Positions 34,387 to 46,372 of a stretch of 64,000 nt of DNA are shown piece by piece (the first letter of the stretch is position 1; the number at the start of each line of letters is the position of its first letter). Source of the DNA: Emiliania huxleyi CCMP1516 (taxonomy: Eukaryota). Location of the stretch: the NCBI RefSeq assembly GCF_000372725.1, contig NW_005201912.1:62001-126000 (forward strand), read 5' to 3'. The position numbers and the translations under genes are program-made. Below the pieces are notes generated by a model. That model ran no database searches, was not told the origin of the DNA, and saw only the letters and a program-made list of their open reading frames with translations.

Positions 34387-37300
34387 TCACCGACGAAGCT
34401 GCACGACGCGCTCCTCGACGGTGCCGGGCGTGTACAGGTGCACAATCTTCGCGACGCGGGTCTGCCCTGGGCGGTGCACACGTCCCTCGAGCTGCGCCTG
34501 CAGCGCTGCGTCGAGCTGCGGCTCGAGCACGAAGCACGTGTTGGCAGCGGTCAGCGTGAGGCCGGCGGCGAAGTTGCCTGTCTCGAGCAGCAAACCGCAG
34601 CACGTCGGCTCGTCACGAAAGAGGGACATCGCCGCCTCGCCGTCCTTGGCCCACACGAAGAATGGCACAGCCTGCACGCGGTCGAGAGGGAACTCCTCCG
34701 CCTCCTCCTCACCATCGAGCAGCACGAACACGCGCTGGTCGACCCACTCTCGGCCCGCCTCGTCGCGCCACGGCTGCTCAGCGAGGCCCGTCACCGTGCC
34801 GCGGGCGCCGGCGGCGGTGCTGACAATGACGCGCTCGTCGACCTCGATTGCGCGGTGATCTGCCCACTGCGCGTGCAGCGCGTCCGCGACGCGCTCAAGC
34901 AGCAGCTTCGACTGAGAGAAGACAAGGAACTTGTCGCTGTCCTCCTGGTCGGCGATGAGCTCGACGAGCTTCTTGATCTTCGGGGCGTCCGCGAACTGAG
35001 ACGTCCAGTGGCCGGCCGCCGCGTCGAGGTGCGCCATGAAGGCGTGCGGCTCCATGCCGGGGAAGTTGACGAGCAAATCGTTCCACTCCTCGGTCGCGCG
35101 GGAGAGCGACATCGCCTCCGTCCTGGCATGCTGGTAGCCGAGGCGCCACCATCCGGTACCATCGCGCCGGTAGAGCGGTGTCAACTCGTCGATGTTGGAC
35201 CGCCGGTTCTGACCGCTCTCGTATAGCTGCCGGTTCCCGCCAAAGCTCGCGCTGAGGGGCTGCAAGCTGCGTGCGAACCACTGCTCAGCGCAGCCCTTCG
35301 AGTGGAACCGCTCCGTCGCAAAGTGCTGACGCGCCGCCGCGCCGTTCTGCAGCCGCTTGGGCCAGCGGCAACGCCAGATGGACGCGGATGCCGTTGGAAG
35401 CACCTGCAGACAGCCGTCGCACAGGCTGTCGGCTCGCTCGCCAGATGGCAGCGACTCCAGGCGAAGCCCAAAGGCCATGCGCGCGCACGAGAGGTTGCAG
35501 AAGTGCATCTCGTCCTCCGCGTGCTCTGCCATGCACAGCGGGCATCTCACGCACGACGGGTCGACCGCAAAGTGCCTGAGCCTCTCGAGGCACGGGCGGC
35601 AGAAGAGGGAGTGGCCGCACGGCAGTGCCGCCAGCTGGCTCTCCTGCAGCTCCTCGCAGCACACGGAGCATTGCAGCCCCTCGCCCACATCGTATTTCTC
35701 GCGGGCAGCATCGCCGATGCCGTCGAGCGAGCCCGGTCGAATGAGATCCGCCTCTGCGAGTGGCCGCCGCGGGAACTCCTTCGACAGGATGCGCACATGG
35801 TCGAAGCCATCTTCGCATTGAGCGGTGCCGGCGTACCGCCCAAGCATGCCCTCCCGCGCCCGCGCGTCGGCGATGAACGAGTCGCACATGCTCACACGGA
35901 ATCCCTCGAGCTCACACGGAGGCGGGCAGCTCTTGTCCAAAGCTGCCCAGGCGGCGTTGTCATCTAGCGCGCGCTCCGACGCCTCGTACGTGCCGCGGTC
36001 CACGAGCTCGCGCAGAAAACCAAGCTGCAGCCGGTTCCGGCAGCTGCTGTGGCGGCAAAAGAACTCCTCACCGCGCGCTTCGATGAAGAGGTCGCTGAGA
36101 CACCGCTTGCAGTACGAGTGGCAGCACCCGTTGACGATCACGCGCGCGCGAGTCGAAGTGGCGGCGGGCTGGCCGAAGTCCACGCGGCACATCGAGCACA
36201 CCTTGCCCTCATCGACGGCGCGCCGCTGCGCGTCAGACGAGAGGCCGCCGGTCACAGCGGCGAGTGTCACGAGGCGCGTGGGCACGAGCGAGCCGGCGGT
36301 GAGCCCGTCGGCCTTGCAAGTTTGAAGCATCGGCAACCGCGCAGCAACTTCGCCCGGCTCGACCGTGCACGCGTGCGAGCTCGCGAGCAGCAGCTCCTGC
36401 ACCCGCCCCTTGGGCAAGTCCGGGAAATCGCCGTGCGGCGCACCCAAGCCCACGCTGAGCTCGCGCCGTGCAAGGTGCTCGAGGCAGCGAGTCACGACCT
36501 CTCCGTGGCCGGCATGGCCGGTGCTCGAGCACTCGAACGGGACCGGCACGTACGCGTGCTCCTTGCGCGGCAGAGGGATGAGCAAATTGCCCGAGAGCGC
36601 AAAACGCTGCGCGTGCGAGTGCCGCATCATCACGGGCGAGAGGGCTGTGACCGCGCGACGCAGCGCCGCATCGCGCGTCTGCGTGTCACCAAGCGCGCGT
36701 TGCACTGCCGTCCACCAATCGGGGCGAGCGGCGTCGCCGCCAACGCCCAGAAAGGCGAGCTGCCCCGCGAGCGCCGCGAGGTTGCCGTCAATCGCCGTGC
36801 CGGACAGGACCCACCTGTAGCGCGCGCCGAGCTGGCGAAGCTGCTTGCCGATTTTCGACGAGAGTGTGCGCAAATGCTGCGCGCTCTCGTCGACGACGAG
36901 CCGGTGCCAGCGTTGCCGCTTCAGCCGCGAGTCGACGAAGAAGTTCTCGAAGGTGGTGAGCACGACGTCGGCCTCGACGGCAAGCTCAAACTGCTTCATC
37001 TTCTTGTTGTGCACGCACACGCTGCGCGCAGAGACCCGGCGAGTCATGCTGCGCGCGCTCTCATCAACGCGTGGACGCGGCATGCGGGGCGTGAGTGGCG
37101 CGCACCGCAGACGCTCGACATCGGGCTGCGCCTTGGTGAGCTCACGCCGCCACTGCTCGAGCAGCGCCTTCTTCATGACAACGAGAGTAGCGCGGCACTC
37201 GCCGCTCGCCACGCGCTGCGCGAGCTGCGCCTTGTCGTCCGAGAGGACGAGCGCGGCGATGATCTGAGTCTTGCCGAAGCCCATCTCGTCGACGAGCGCC

Positions 37301-37871
37301 CCCCCACGCGTCGCGCCCGCCTCCTTCCCACGAGCCCAGCCGAGCGTCTGCAGCTGCACGGGATAGAGCTGCAGCTCCATCTCCGCCGGCTGCTCGGCCG
37401 TCGGATGACCCGTCGACTCGAGTGCGCGGAAGATGCCAGCATAAGTGTAGGCCGCCTCTCCGACCAACTCAGGCGAGCACTGCAGCACCTCCTCCGGCTT
37501 CAACAGAACGGTGTCCTGTGCGTCAGCCGCTCCGCCTCCAGCCGCACCGGCGGCGGTGCCTGCCCTCACGGCCGCTGCCGCCGCGGTCGCCGCGCCCTCC
37601 TCCACCTGAGGCGCCTCCGCAGCTGCCGCCGCCGCCGCCTCCTCCTCCATCGCGATCGCCGCTGTCCCGGCGCCTGCAGCCGCCGTATTGGCCGCCGGCT
37701 CGCCCTCGCCGCCGCCTCCCTCCGCCTCGCCCTCGCCGCCGCCGCCGTCCGCCTCGCCCTCGCCGCCGCCGCCTCCCGCCTCGCCCTCGCCGCCGCCGCC
37801 GTCCGCCTCGCCCTCGCCGCCGCCGCCGTCCGCCTCGCCCTCGCCCTCGTCGCCGCCGCCATCCGCCTCGC
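34387..37871 (-). CDS. SNF2-family (Rad5/Rad16-like) helicase with two RING fingers between the lobes; 5' end runs into a gap, start uncertain
   Basis: GGALVDEMGFGKT, ATLVV, WHRLVVDESAQH, RWVLSGTAI, RING1 CSMC...CCHSYCKRC, RING2 CSVC...LPCGHSLFCRPC...CPLC, KFLVFSQ, AAGLTLTAAN...QLEGRVHRPGQTR...GTVEER. Confidence 0.9.
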
Positions 37872-37971
37872 NNNNNNNNNNNNNNNNNNNNNNNNNNNNN
37901 NNNNNNNNNNNNNNNNNNNNNNNNNNNNNNNNNNNNNNNNNNNNNNNNNNNNNNNNNNNNNNNNNNNNNNN

Positions 37972-38090
37972 ACCCCCTCGCCCCGGCGGCGGACCGCGGC
38001 CGCGGATTTCTTTGTTTTCGGCGGAGACCATCTAAAGCTGGCGGCGCAGCCTGCGCGCCTGCGGCGCGCCGTGGTTTCTAAATTTTCGCG
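37972..38090. repeat. Dispersed repeat, near-identical to 42498-42617
   Basis: accccctcgccccggcggcggaccgcggccgcggatttctttgttttcggcggagaccatctaaagctgg...aaattttcgcg in both places. Confidence 0.9.
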
Positions 38091-38189
38091 GAAACGCCCA
38101 GTGTGGTTCTTGATCATACGTAACGTAATCGGTTTCTTTCTTTACACGAGGGCATGGAGGGGGAGAGGAAGAGCAAGGGCGAGAGAGGG

Positions 38190-38310
38190 CAAGGGACCGG
38201 GCGCTGGCATACCAGGGGGGGAATGGTGGTGGGCGGCGACCGCCGCATATCGTCCTATGACGGCGAGTGTCGCTACGCCAGGGAGGACAAGGACGTCGAC
38301 GTGCAGCTGA
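38190..38310 (+). mobile_element. Internal fragment of the same non-LTR family as 24600-25086
   Basis: aagggacc.ggcgctggcatacca...cctaygrcgg.ga.t...gtgcagctg aligns to 24612-24730. Confidence 0.6.
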
Positions 38311-39181
38311 AAAGATTTATGTATATAAGTAGAGGAACGAGTCGAGAGGACAGGGAGGGACGTGTCCAGGGGGGGGACAGCTCAGTGTCGGATTGCATCT
38401 CGGCTGCATCAATGGCGGATGGGCGGCCTCGGATCACGGTCACGTCGGCGAGGACAGCGACGGCGTCGTTGGTGGCGCGCAGGGGCGAGGGCGTCGACCG
38501 ACGGGCGCCGCATCAGGGACCCCTCGCTGGCGAGCGGCTGGCGCGGGAGGTCACGGAACGTCGGGTCGAACGACGGGTCGAGCTCCCCCCTCCGCCGGTC
38601 GAGGCCGCGGTCGAGACGGTGAGCGCGCGGCCGAGGTCCTCGCGGGCGTGGCCGAGTATGGCCCGAACTACTCGCTGCCGCAGCCCGCGGAGTCTAAGAC
38701 GGCGCGGCGGAAGCGGCTGCGCCTGGACGCGGCGGCGAGGATCGCCGGGCACGCCGTCGTCGAGGCAGGCACTCACGTGGAGATCCTGGGCGAGCACCAT
38801 CACGGGGCGGGAGGAGGATTCGGCACGGGGCGGGAGGAGGATTCGGACGGCCGGCTCGTGCACGCGGTCGAGTACGATGGCTACCCCGACCAGGATTTCC
38901 GGCTCAACCCTAGAGGAAGTGTCGTGGAGGCGGGCGACGCTCGGCGCCGGCGGCGCGGCCCCCACCAGCGGCGAGGTCAGCGACGNNNNNNNNNNNNNNN
39001 NNNNNNNNNNNNNNNNNNNNNNNNNNNNNNNNNNNNNNNNNNNNNNNNNNNNNNNNNNNNNNNNNNNNNNNNNNNNNNNNNNNNNACCGCCGCCGCCGCC
39101 TCTGATGCATCCTCCGCCGCCGCCGCCGCCGCTGCCGTCGCCTCAGCTGCACGGGGAGCGTCAACCACAGATGCTGGTTGA

Positions 39182-39472
39182 TCAAAGCTGAGGCGCCGGC
39201 GTACTCTCGGCGTAGTCCTCACCGTGCCGCTCAAGGAGCCGCCGCACTCGCTCCCGAACACTCGTCTGTGCTTCCACCGGCGTGCCCGGCGGGAAAATGA
39301 TCCCAAGAAACATCGCTTGGTGCAGCTCATCACGTCCCTCTTGATCCTCCGTACACGCGTTCAAACCAGTGGAAAAGGTCTCGACGATGAAGCGCTGGCC
39401 ATTGGCGACAAGCTGCCCGTGAAGTGGCTCCGCGACGCCCACCAAGAGGCGGCGTAGCTCGAGCTCGGCCAT
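39182..39472 (-). CDS. Hypothetical protein (96 aa)
   Basis: ATG-started ORF with globular composition; no recognisable family. Confidence 0.3.
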   Translation of the reverse strand: MAELELRRLLVGVAEPLHGQLVANGQRFIVETFSTGLNACTEDQEGRDELHQAMFLGIIFPPGTPVEAQTSVRERVRRLLERHGEDYAESTPAPQL

Positions 39473-39519
39473 CAGCCCAAATGAAGAGAATCGCGGCAGT
39501 TTCCTTTTCGCCCGTTTTT

Positions 39520-39600
39520 CTCCTTAAAATCCCTGTGTGGTGGCGGCGTGCCGTCCTCCCATCCCTCCCTTGGGTTGTCTGTTTTTCTTTCTTTCTTACC
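39520..39600. repeat. Dispersed repeat family (other copies at 53100-53195 and 60330-60388 + 61280-61305)
   Basis: ccttaaaatccctgtgtggtggcggcgtgccgtcctcccatccctcccttgggttgtctgtttttctttc. Confidence 0.85.
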
Positions 39601-39810
39601 TCACTTTCCGCAGAGTTTTTCGGCCGCGTGACAAAAAGATCGCAAACCCTATCAGCAATCCTCCTCCGGGAATGTACGTAAGAGCCACGTACATTGAAAA
39701 GTGTGGATTCGGGCACTGGGGCGTGGAGGAAGTAAGCGTGTACGGCTGGTCTGTGAGAGGTTGTAGACAGCGGAGCAGCGAGGAGCGGTGCGATAGCAGA
39801 CAGCCGGCCA

Positions 39811-40290
39811 ATGCGGTTGCAAGACCTGCCTGACGCGCTGTTCGAGCACATCCTGTCCTTTCTACCTCGCGGAGTGACTGCCTACGCTGCTTGCGCCGTG
39901 GACTGCCGCTGGGCGCGCACTTGCGACGACGCCTTGCGCTTGTTGTGCGAGAAGCACGCGTGGAAGCAGCCGCGCAGCCGCCGCCTCGCCGCCGCCTCGG
40001 CCACCGGCGGCGGAGATGCGCTGCGCTGGCGCGCGCTCTACGTCTCCCGCGCGTGCCCTGCATGCCTCGACGCGCCTGGCGACTTTGCGGCACGGCGTTC
40101 AAAGCACGAGGCGCCGCTCTACCTCCTCTGCGGCGCGTGCTGCAGGCGCGAGTCAGTCATCGATAAAATGCGGGCGGCGGGCGCCACGCTCGACGTGACG
40201 GGTGTGTCTGGCAAACCGCTCTACACGCAGCGGGGCGACCGATTTGTGTCGGAGGTGGCTGCCGCCGCCCGGAGAGCAGGCCTGGGGTGA
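39811..40290 (+). CDS. F-box protein with C-terminal CxxC...CxxC putative zinc site
   Basis: LQDLPDALFEHILSFLP...CAVDCRW; WRALY; CPAC...CGAC. Confidence 0.75.
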   Translation: MRLQDLPDALFEHILSFLPRGVTAYAACAVDCRWARTCDDALRLLCEKHAWKQPRSRRLAAASATGGGDALRWRALYVSRACPACLDAPGDFAARRSKHEAPLYLLCGACCRRESVIDKMRAAGATLDVTGVSGKPLYTQRGDRFVSEVAAAARRAGLG

Positions 40291-41015
40291 AGGAGCGCTG
40301 CCTCTGCTCGGCACGTGTGTGTGCAAAGTGTTTTGTGTGTGAGGCGCGGTCAGACGGGCGTGGCAGCTTGTGTACAAGGTCTGTAGTACACGCCGTACGA
40401 AAAAGGCCGCCGCGACCCGCGCGTGTGGTGTGTGTGGACTGCACAGAGACTGTTTTTTCACAGAGACACGGCCCCCTTTCTCGGGGTCGGGCGCGTTGGC
40501 CTCTTTTGTAGGGAAGAATTTTGATACCCGTCAAGACGCCTGCTGGGGGCAGCTTCGTAACGAAGCCGTCTGCTCCCCCAGCAGGCACACACTAGACAGA
40601 TAGGAGGAGAAAGGGGACGGTGGTGGGTTTAGGGTTGCCTAACGTTAATTTGGGGCCTAACAGTTGCGCTATTGTTGGCTGAAATCCTCAACGTTGGTCA
40701 AGTGTTCTCCCCAGCCCAAGCTGTTACTGTTTGGTACTGTTGTTACTGTTGTTCAGCGGCCAGCAAGCGAAAAATGGCAAAAAAACCCGGGGAAAACCCT
40801 AAAATACCCGGGAATTTTCGGGGATTTTCGGGTATTACCCGCACTGGACACTACAGATCGTCGGGGGGCATTGGCCGGCCCTTCCTTAATGTTGTTCAGC
40901 CGGGCCTAACCTTAANNNNNNNNNNNNNNNNNNNNNNNNNNNNNNNNNNNNNNNNNNNNNNNNNNNNNNNNNNNNNNNNNNNNNNNNNNNNNNNNNNNNN
41001 NNNNNNNNNNNNNNN

Positions 41016-42277
41016 CGCGGAAGTAGAGCGTGCATCCGCGAAGCGTACGCCTGACTCGCGCGCTCTCGTTCCGACCTGGACGTCGAGCACGGCCGCGTAT
41101 GCACGGAGTAATCGTCATCTTCAAGCCGTTCATCGTCGGGTGATGGGTGAGGGTCCACGTGCCGAGAAAGGCGTCGGGGTCGGACTCCGACGCCTTGACC
41201 ACAGACTCATCGGCGGGGAAGGAGGCGGAGGCGACGCCCGGACGAGGCGGCGTCGGTGGCGGTGGCAATGGCGGCGGCGCACGGCCGGTTTTGCAGACGG
41301 CGGCAGCGACGAGCGTCAGCATATACACAAATGCAAACACCTGGCGACAAAAGGCGTCTCATATCCGCGACATTTTTTTTCTGCGATGCGTTCAAAGAAA
41401 AGTTCTTCTCAATAGCAAGGAGCTATGAAGCGCACACACAGCGGGGGGGGGGGGGGGTGATCGGGCTGCGGGCAGGAGAGCCCTTACCCCTTATACTACA
41501 CAAAATAAAGAGAACCGCGTTTTCCCGCTTGAAATAAAGAAAACACACTCCGGCCGGCCGGTGCAACAAGTATATGCCAGCCCGCGTCAGCGCCGCGCGC
41601 CGCAAGCCGCCGCCTCTGCGCCGCCTCCGTGCAAGCATTCGGAAGGCCGCCTGGGATGGCCAAGTGGGAGCGGTGCTGGCGTGGCTCGACGGCGGCGGGC
41701 GGGTCGACGAGACGTTCTCTAGGGCGCCAAGTGGGAGCGGATGGGCGAGAAAGAGAAAGAAAAGGAAAAAGAAAAGCAAGCCCCGCCGTGCAAAGCCAGC
41801 GCGGGAGGAGGCGCTCGCCCGTCCGCAACCCCGCCCGTTTGCATGCCCGGCCGAGCGAAGGCTGGCTCGGCCGCCTCCCGGCGCGGGCACGCTTCTACGG
41901 CGGCTACTGCTGCGCCGCTCGCGCTGCCGAAAAGGATCGAGGCGGCGGCGGCGGACGGCAAGGTGGGCGTGGTGCAGACGTGGCTCACCGGGGATGGGCG
42001 GGTTGATGCGACGTGCGTGCGTCGCGGTGTCAGTGGCTGTACGCTCCTGCTGATCGCCGCCGAACACGGTCACAAGCAGCTCGTTGAAGTGCTGCTGAAG
42101 CGCGGCGCGGAGGCGGACGCGCGAGACAGCGAAGGCAGTTTTTCGCTGATGGCCGCCGCCGCCAACGGCCACGAGCGCGTGGCCGAGATGCTGCTGCGGC
42201 ACGGCGCGGAGACCAACCTGCAGAGCAGCGAAGGAGGCACCGCTTCTGATGCTCGCCGCCCTCGGCAACCATCCCGC
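41016..42277. repeat. Local segmental duplication of 42621-43650 (secreted-protein fragment on minus strand plus ankyrin 5' region)
   Basis: Long near-identical blocks with indels. The ankyrin copy has an extra T near 42244 and ends at a gap. Confidence 0.85.
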
Positions 42278-43217
42278 NNNNNNNNNNNNNNNNNNNNNNN
42301 NNNNNNNNNNNNNNNNNNNNNNNNNNNNNNNNNNNNNNNNNNNNNNNNNNNNNNNNNNNNNNNNNNNNNNNNNNNNNTGGGTTGTTATGATCGCCTAATA
42401 TCGCCTAATGCCTGATATCGCCTCTAATATCGCGCAATATTGCGCAATATTGCGCAATATATCGCGCAATATCGCGCACCCTCGCGCACCCTCGCGCACC
42501 CCCTCGCCCCGGCGGCGGACCGCGGCCGCGGATTTCTTTGTTTTCGGCGGAGACCATCTAAAGCTGGCGGCGCAGCCGGCGCGCCTGCGGCGCGCCGTGG
42601 TTTCTAAATTTTCGCGACGTCGCGGAAGTAGAGCGTGCCGTCCGCGAAGCGTACGCCTGACTCGCGCGCTCTCGTTCCGACCTGGACGTCGAGCACGGCC
42701 GCGTATCCACGAGTAATCGTCATCCTCAAGCCGTTCATCGTCGGGTGATGGGTGAGGGTCCACGTGCCGAGAAAGGCGTCGTCGGAGTCCGACGCCATGA
42801 CCACAGACTCATTATACTACACAAAATAAAGAGAACCGCGTTTTCCCGCTTGAAATAAAGAAAACACACTCCGGCCGGCCGGTGCAACAAGTATGTGCCA
42901 GCCCGCGTCAGCGCCGCGCGCCGCAAGCCGCCGCCTCTGCGCCGCCTCCGTGCAAGCATTCGGAAGGCCGCCAGGGATGGCCAAGTGGGAGCGGTGCTGG
43001 CGTGGCTCGACGGCGGCGGGCGGGTCGACGAGACGTTCGTACGGAGCGGATGGGCCAGCAAAGAGCAAGAAAAAAGAAAAAGAAAAGCGGTGCGTGCAAT
43101 CGTGTGTTTGGCGTCATGTCGTGTGTGCCTTCGCTTGTTCCTTTTCACAACGAAGTCTGCTCAAAAAGAAAAGCAAACGACCGTCCGCAACCCCGCCCGT
43201 TTGCACCGCCCGTTTGC

Positions 43218-45136
43218 ATGCCCGGCCGAGCGAAGGCTGGCTCGGCCGCCTCCCGGCGCGGGCACGCTTCTACGGCGGCTACTGCTGCGCCGCTCGCGCT
43301 GCCGAAAAGGATCGAGGCGGCGGCGGCGGACGGCAAGGTGGGCGTGGTGCAGACGTGGCTCACCGGGGATGGGCGGGTTGATGCGACGTGCGTGCGTCGC
43401 GGTGTCAGTGGCTGTACGCTCCTGCTGATCGCCGCCGAACACGGTCACAAGCAGCTCGTTGAAGTGCTGCTGAAGCGCGGCGCGGAGGCGGACGCGCGAG
43501 ACAGCGAAGGCAGTTTTTCGCTGATGGCCGCCGCCGCCAACGGCCACGAGCGCGTGGCCGAGATGCTGCTGCGGCACGGCGCGGAGACCAACCTGCAGAG
43601 CAGCGAAGGAGGCACCGCTCTGATGCTCGCCGCCCTCGGCAACCATCCCGCCGTGGTGCTTCGCTTGCTGCGGGCGGGCGCGGACATGGCGCTGCGCACT
43701 GCGGCGGGCGAGACGGCGCTGCAACTCGCCAAGGAGGAGGGCCACGCCGAGTGCGTCGAGGCATTCAGGACGTATCTCGGCGAGGTGACGACGGGCCGGC
43801 GCGAGGCGCCATCGGCCGAGGCGGGCGGCGCAGGGGCGGGCGGCGCACCCGCAGGCGAGGCGGCGGCGGGCGCCAGTGCCGTGGTCTCTGCCTCGAGCGG
43901 CGAGGGCGCGGAGGCCGCGCCGGGCAGCGAGGCGGTGCCAGAGGAGGTTGTGGACGCGGCTGAGGATGGCGATGAGGAGCCGGTGCTGGCGTGGCTCGAC
44001 GGCGGCGGGCGGGTCGACGCGACNNNNNNNNNNNNNNNNNNNNNNNNNNNNNNNNNNNNNNNNNNNNNNNNNNNNNNNNNNNNNNNNNNNNNNNNNNNNN
44101 NNNNNNNNNNNNNNNNNNNNNNNNNNNNNNNNNNNNNNNNNNNNNNNNNNNNNNNNNNNNNNNNNNNNNNNNNNNNNNNNNNNNNNNNNNNNNNNNNNNN
44201 NNNNNNNNNNNNNNNNNNNNNNNNNNNNNNNNNNNNNNNNNNNNNNNNNNNNNNNNNNNNNNNNNNNNNNNNNNNNNNNNNNNNNNNNNNNNNNNNNNNN
44301 NNNNNNNNNNNNNNNNNNNNNNNNNNNNNNNNNNNNNNNNNNNNNNNNNNNNNNNNNNNNNNNNNNNNNNNNNNNNNNNNNNNNNNNNNNNNNNNNNNNN
44401 NNNNNNNNNNNNNNNNNNNNNNNNNNNNNNNNNNNNNNNNNNNNNNNNNNNNNNNNNNNNNNNNNNNNNNNNNNNNNNNNCGGCGTGGGCTGCTGGGGCG
44501 GCAGAGAGGGCGGCGCAGAGGGCGGCGGAGGAGAAGGAGGCGGCGCGGCACGCCGAGGAGCTGCTGGCCGAGGTCGAGGCGGAGAAGCGCGCCAAGGGCA
44601 AGAAGGGCAAGAAGAAGAAGAAGGGCGGAGGGGCGGGCGGGGCGGGGCCGTCGGAGGAGACGGAGGCGCCAAAGGCAGCCGCAGCCAAGCCCGCGCCGTT
44701 GGACAGGGAGGGGCTGCTCCGGCTTCTCGCGGAGCTCCACGAGGACAGGATCCGGTTCGGCATCACGCCGGAGACGTCGGTCGAGGGATTGGCGGAGGCG
44801 CTGGGAGAGGCGGCGGGCGAGGCGAGCGAGGAGGAGGGCGACGAGGAGACGGCGGAGGCGGCCGAGGAGGAGGCCGACGAGGCGGGCGAGGCGAGGGAGG
44901 TGGCCGCGGAGGCGCGACGGAAGGCGGAGGCCGAGGCGGCCGTGACAGCGGCAGCGGCGGCGGAGGAGGAGGAGGCCGCGGCGGTGGAGGAGGAGGAGGC
45001 ACTGGCGGCAGCGGAGGCGGTGGCGGAGGCGGCCGTTGCCGCCGCCAAGGCGAAGCGCGCGGCCCGCACAGCCGCCGCCAGGGCCAGGGCAGAGGCGGCC
45101 ATGGCGGCAGCAGAGGCGGCAGCAGAGCTCTCGTAG
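43218..45136 (+). CDS. Ankyrin-repeat protein with Ala/Glu/Lys-rich coiled-coil tail (spans N-gap)
   Basis: GCTLLLIAAEHGHKQLVEVLLKRGA, SLMAAAANGHERVAEMLLRHGA, GGTALMLAALGNH; after the gap EELLAEVEAEKRAKGKKGKKKKK. Confidence 0.75.
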
Positions 45137-46372
45137 CTCTCACACCTCACGGGAGACTCGCCTTGCTGCTTGCTGACACTGTTGCGTGGTTGGGACCCCC
45201 CCTGTGGAGCGAGCACGGGTCCCCATGTTATGTCACACAATATGTCTTCTACTTTCTGTGCGGGCCGTGTCTCCAGGCCGGAGGCGACTGTGTGGACCCA
45301 GGTCGCACGGTCTGTGTGTCTGACATCGGATGTCTGACATGGACACACTGCAAAATCGGCATGTGCATCTCGCAGCAGCTGAGGACCCGTTTGTCATTTG
45401 TACAGAGCAAATATAGAACCTGATCTTTTCTCCCCGCAACTGAGGCCGGGGGTGGTTCCGCATTTTAGCAACTCCGGAGACCGGAGTTGCACCGTCCGTT
45501 TCGCGCGCATTAGCGACACGATGCTCTCGACACTCCGCCACTCTGGCGGGAAGAGGAAGGAAGGGCAAGCCGAAGCTGTTGCTGATGGAGACCCCGACGA
45601 TGGCGACGGCTACGCCGTCAAGATGCTCTGCAGCGTCTCCTCGATGTCGCACGGCCAAGACAAGCAGGTTCTTCGATCGCTGTCCGAAACGCTCGAGCTC
45701 GTTCCACCACCCCTCGTAGGCTTTGCCTCTGACCGCCACCGTTCCCAGGCTGCCTAATGGGATGGAAAGGAAGGCTGGGCGAGCGTATAGAAGCGTGCTC
45801 GACCTCGTCGTGGCAACCTGCACGGCAGCGCTGGTAGGCGCGATGAGCGTCGTGCCACCTGACCCAAGACGGGTCGCAGGCGTCGCACCGAGCGCGTCGA
45901 GACCGTGTCCTGATGTGATCGGCACGGGTGAGTCACGTCGGCGTCAAAGGAGCGACGTGCGACCTGTCAGAGCTTGATCTCCGATCTCAGCGGCGTCGAG
46001 TCGTCTCCGGCGCCTGGGTAGTCGACGGGCCCCCGTGGGCGACGGGGGTGCTCTCCCCGGCCGCGGCGGCCGAAAACGGGGGTCGGTATTACGGTGTATT
46101 AATGAAGTGATCCACTTGATCCAAGGGTGCCATTGTGCTACAGTATAGAGAGTAGTCATCACAGCACTATAGCCACGAACACCCACACACGATAGAGGGT
46201 CAACATATGCTGGAGGTATCGATGCGCGGCGCGTACGCTAGCAGCATTCTCGCGCCGCACAATGTGCACACTCAGCCCGTGACGGCCGAGGGAGCGCGCG
46301 ACGGCGCATGGCATGAGCGAGGGGAGCCGAGAGGCGAGAGCGCGCCGGTTAATGACGCCTCAGCCCGGGGCG

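Noticed and set aside
36049..38310. Long plus-strand ORFs overlapping SNF2 (and similar antisense ORFs throughout)
   Set aside because: Shadow ORFs expected at this GC content; no domain motifs.
41016..43650. Tandem duplication as definite biology
   Set aside because: Bounded by 100-N gaps and may be two haplotypes assembled in tandem; reported only as a repeat.
45233..46200. ORFs 45233-45925 and 45398-45757 as genes
   Set aside because: No motifs; frequent stops in the coding-like frame.
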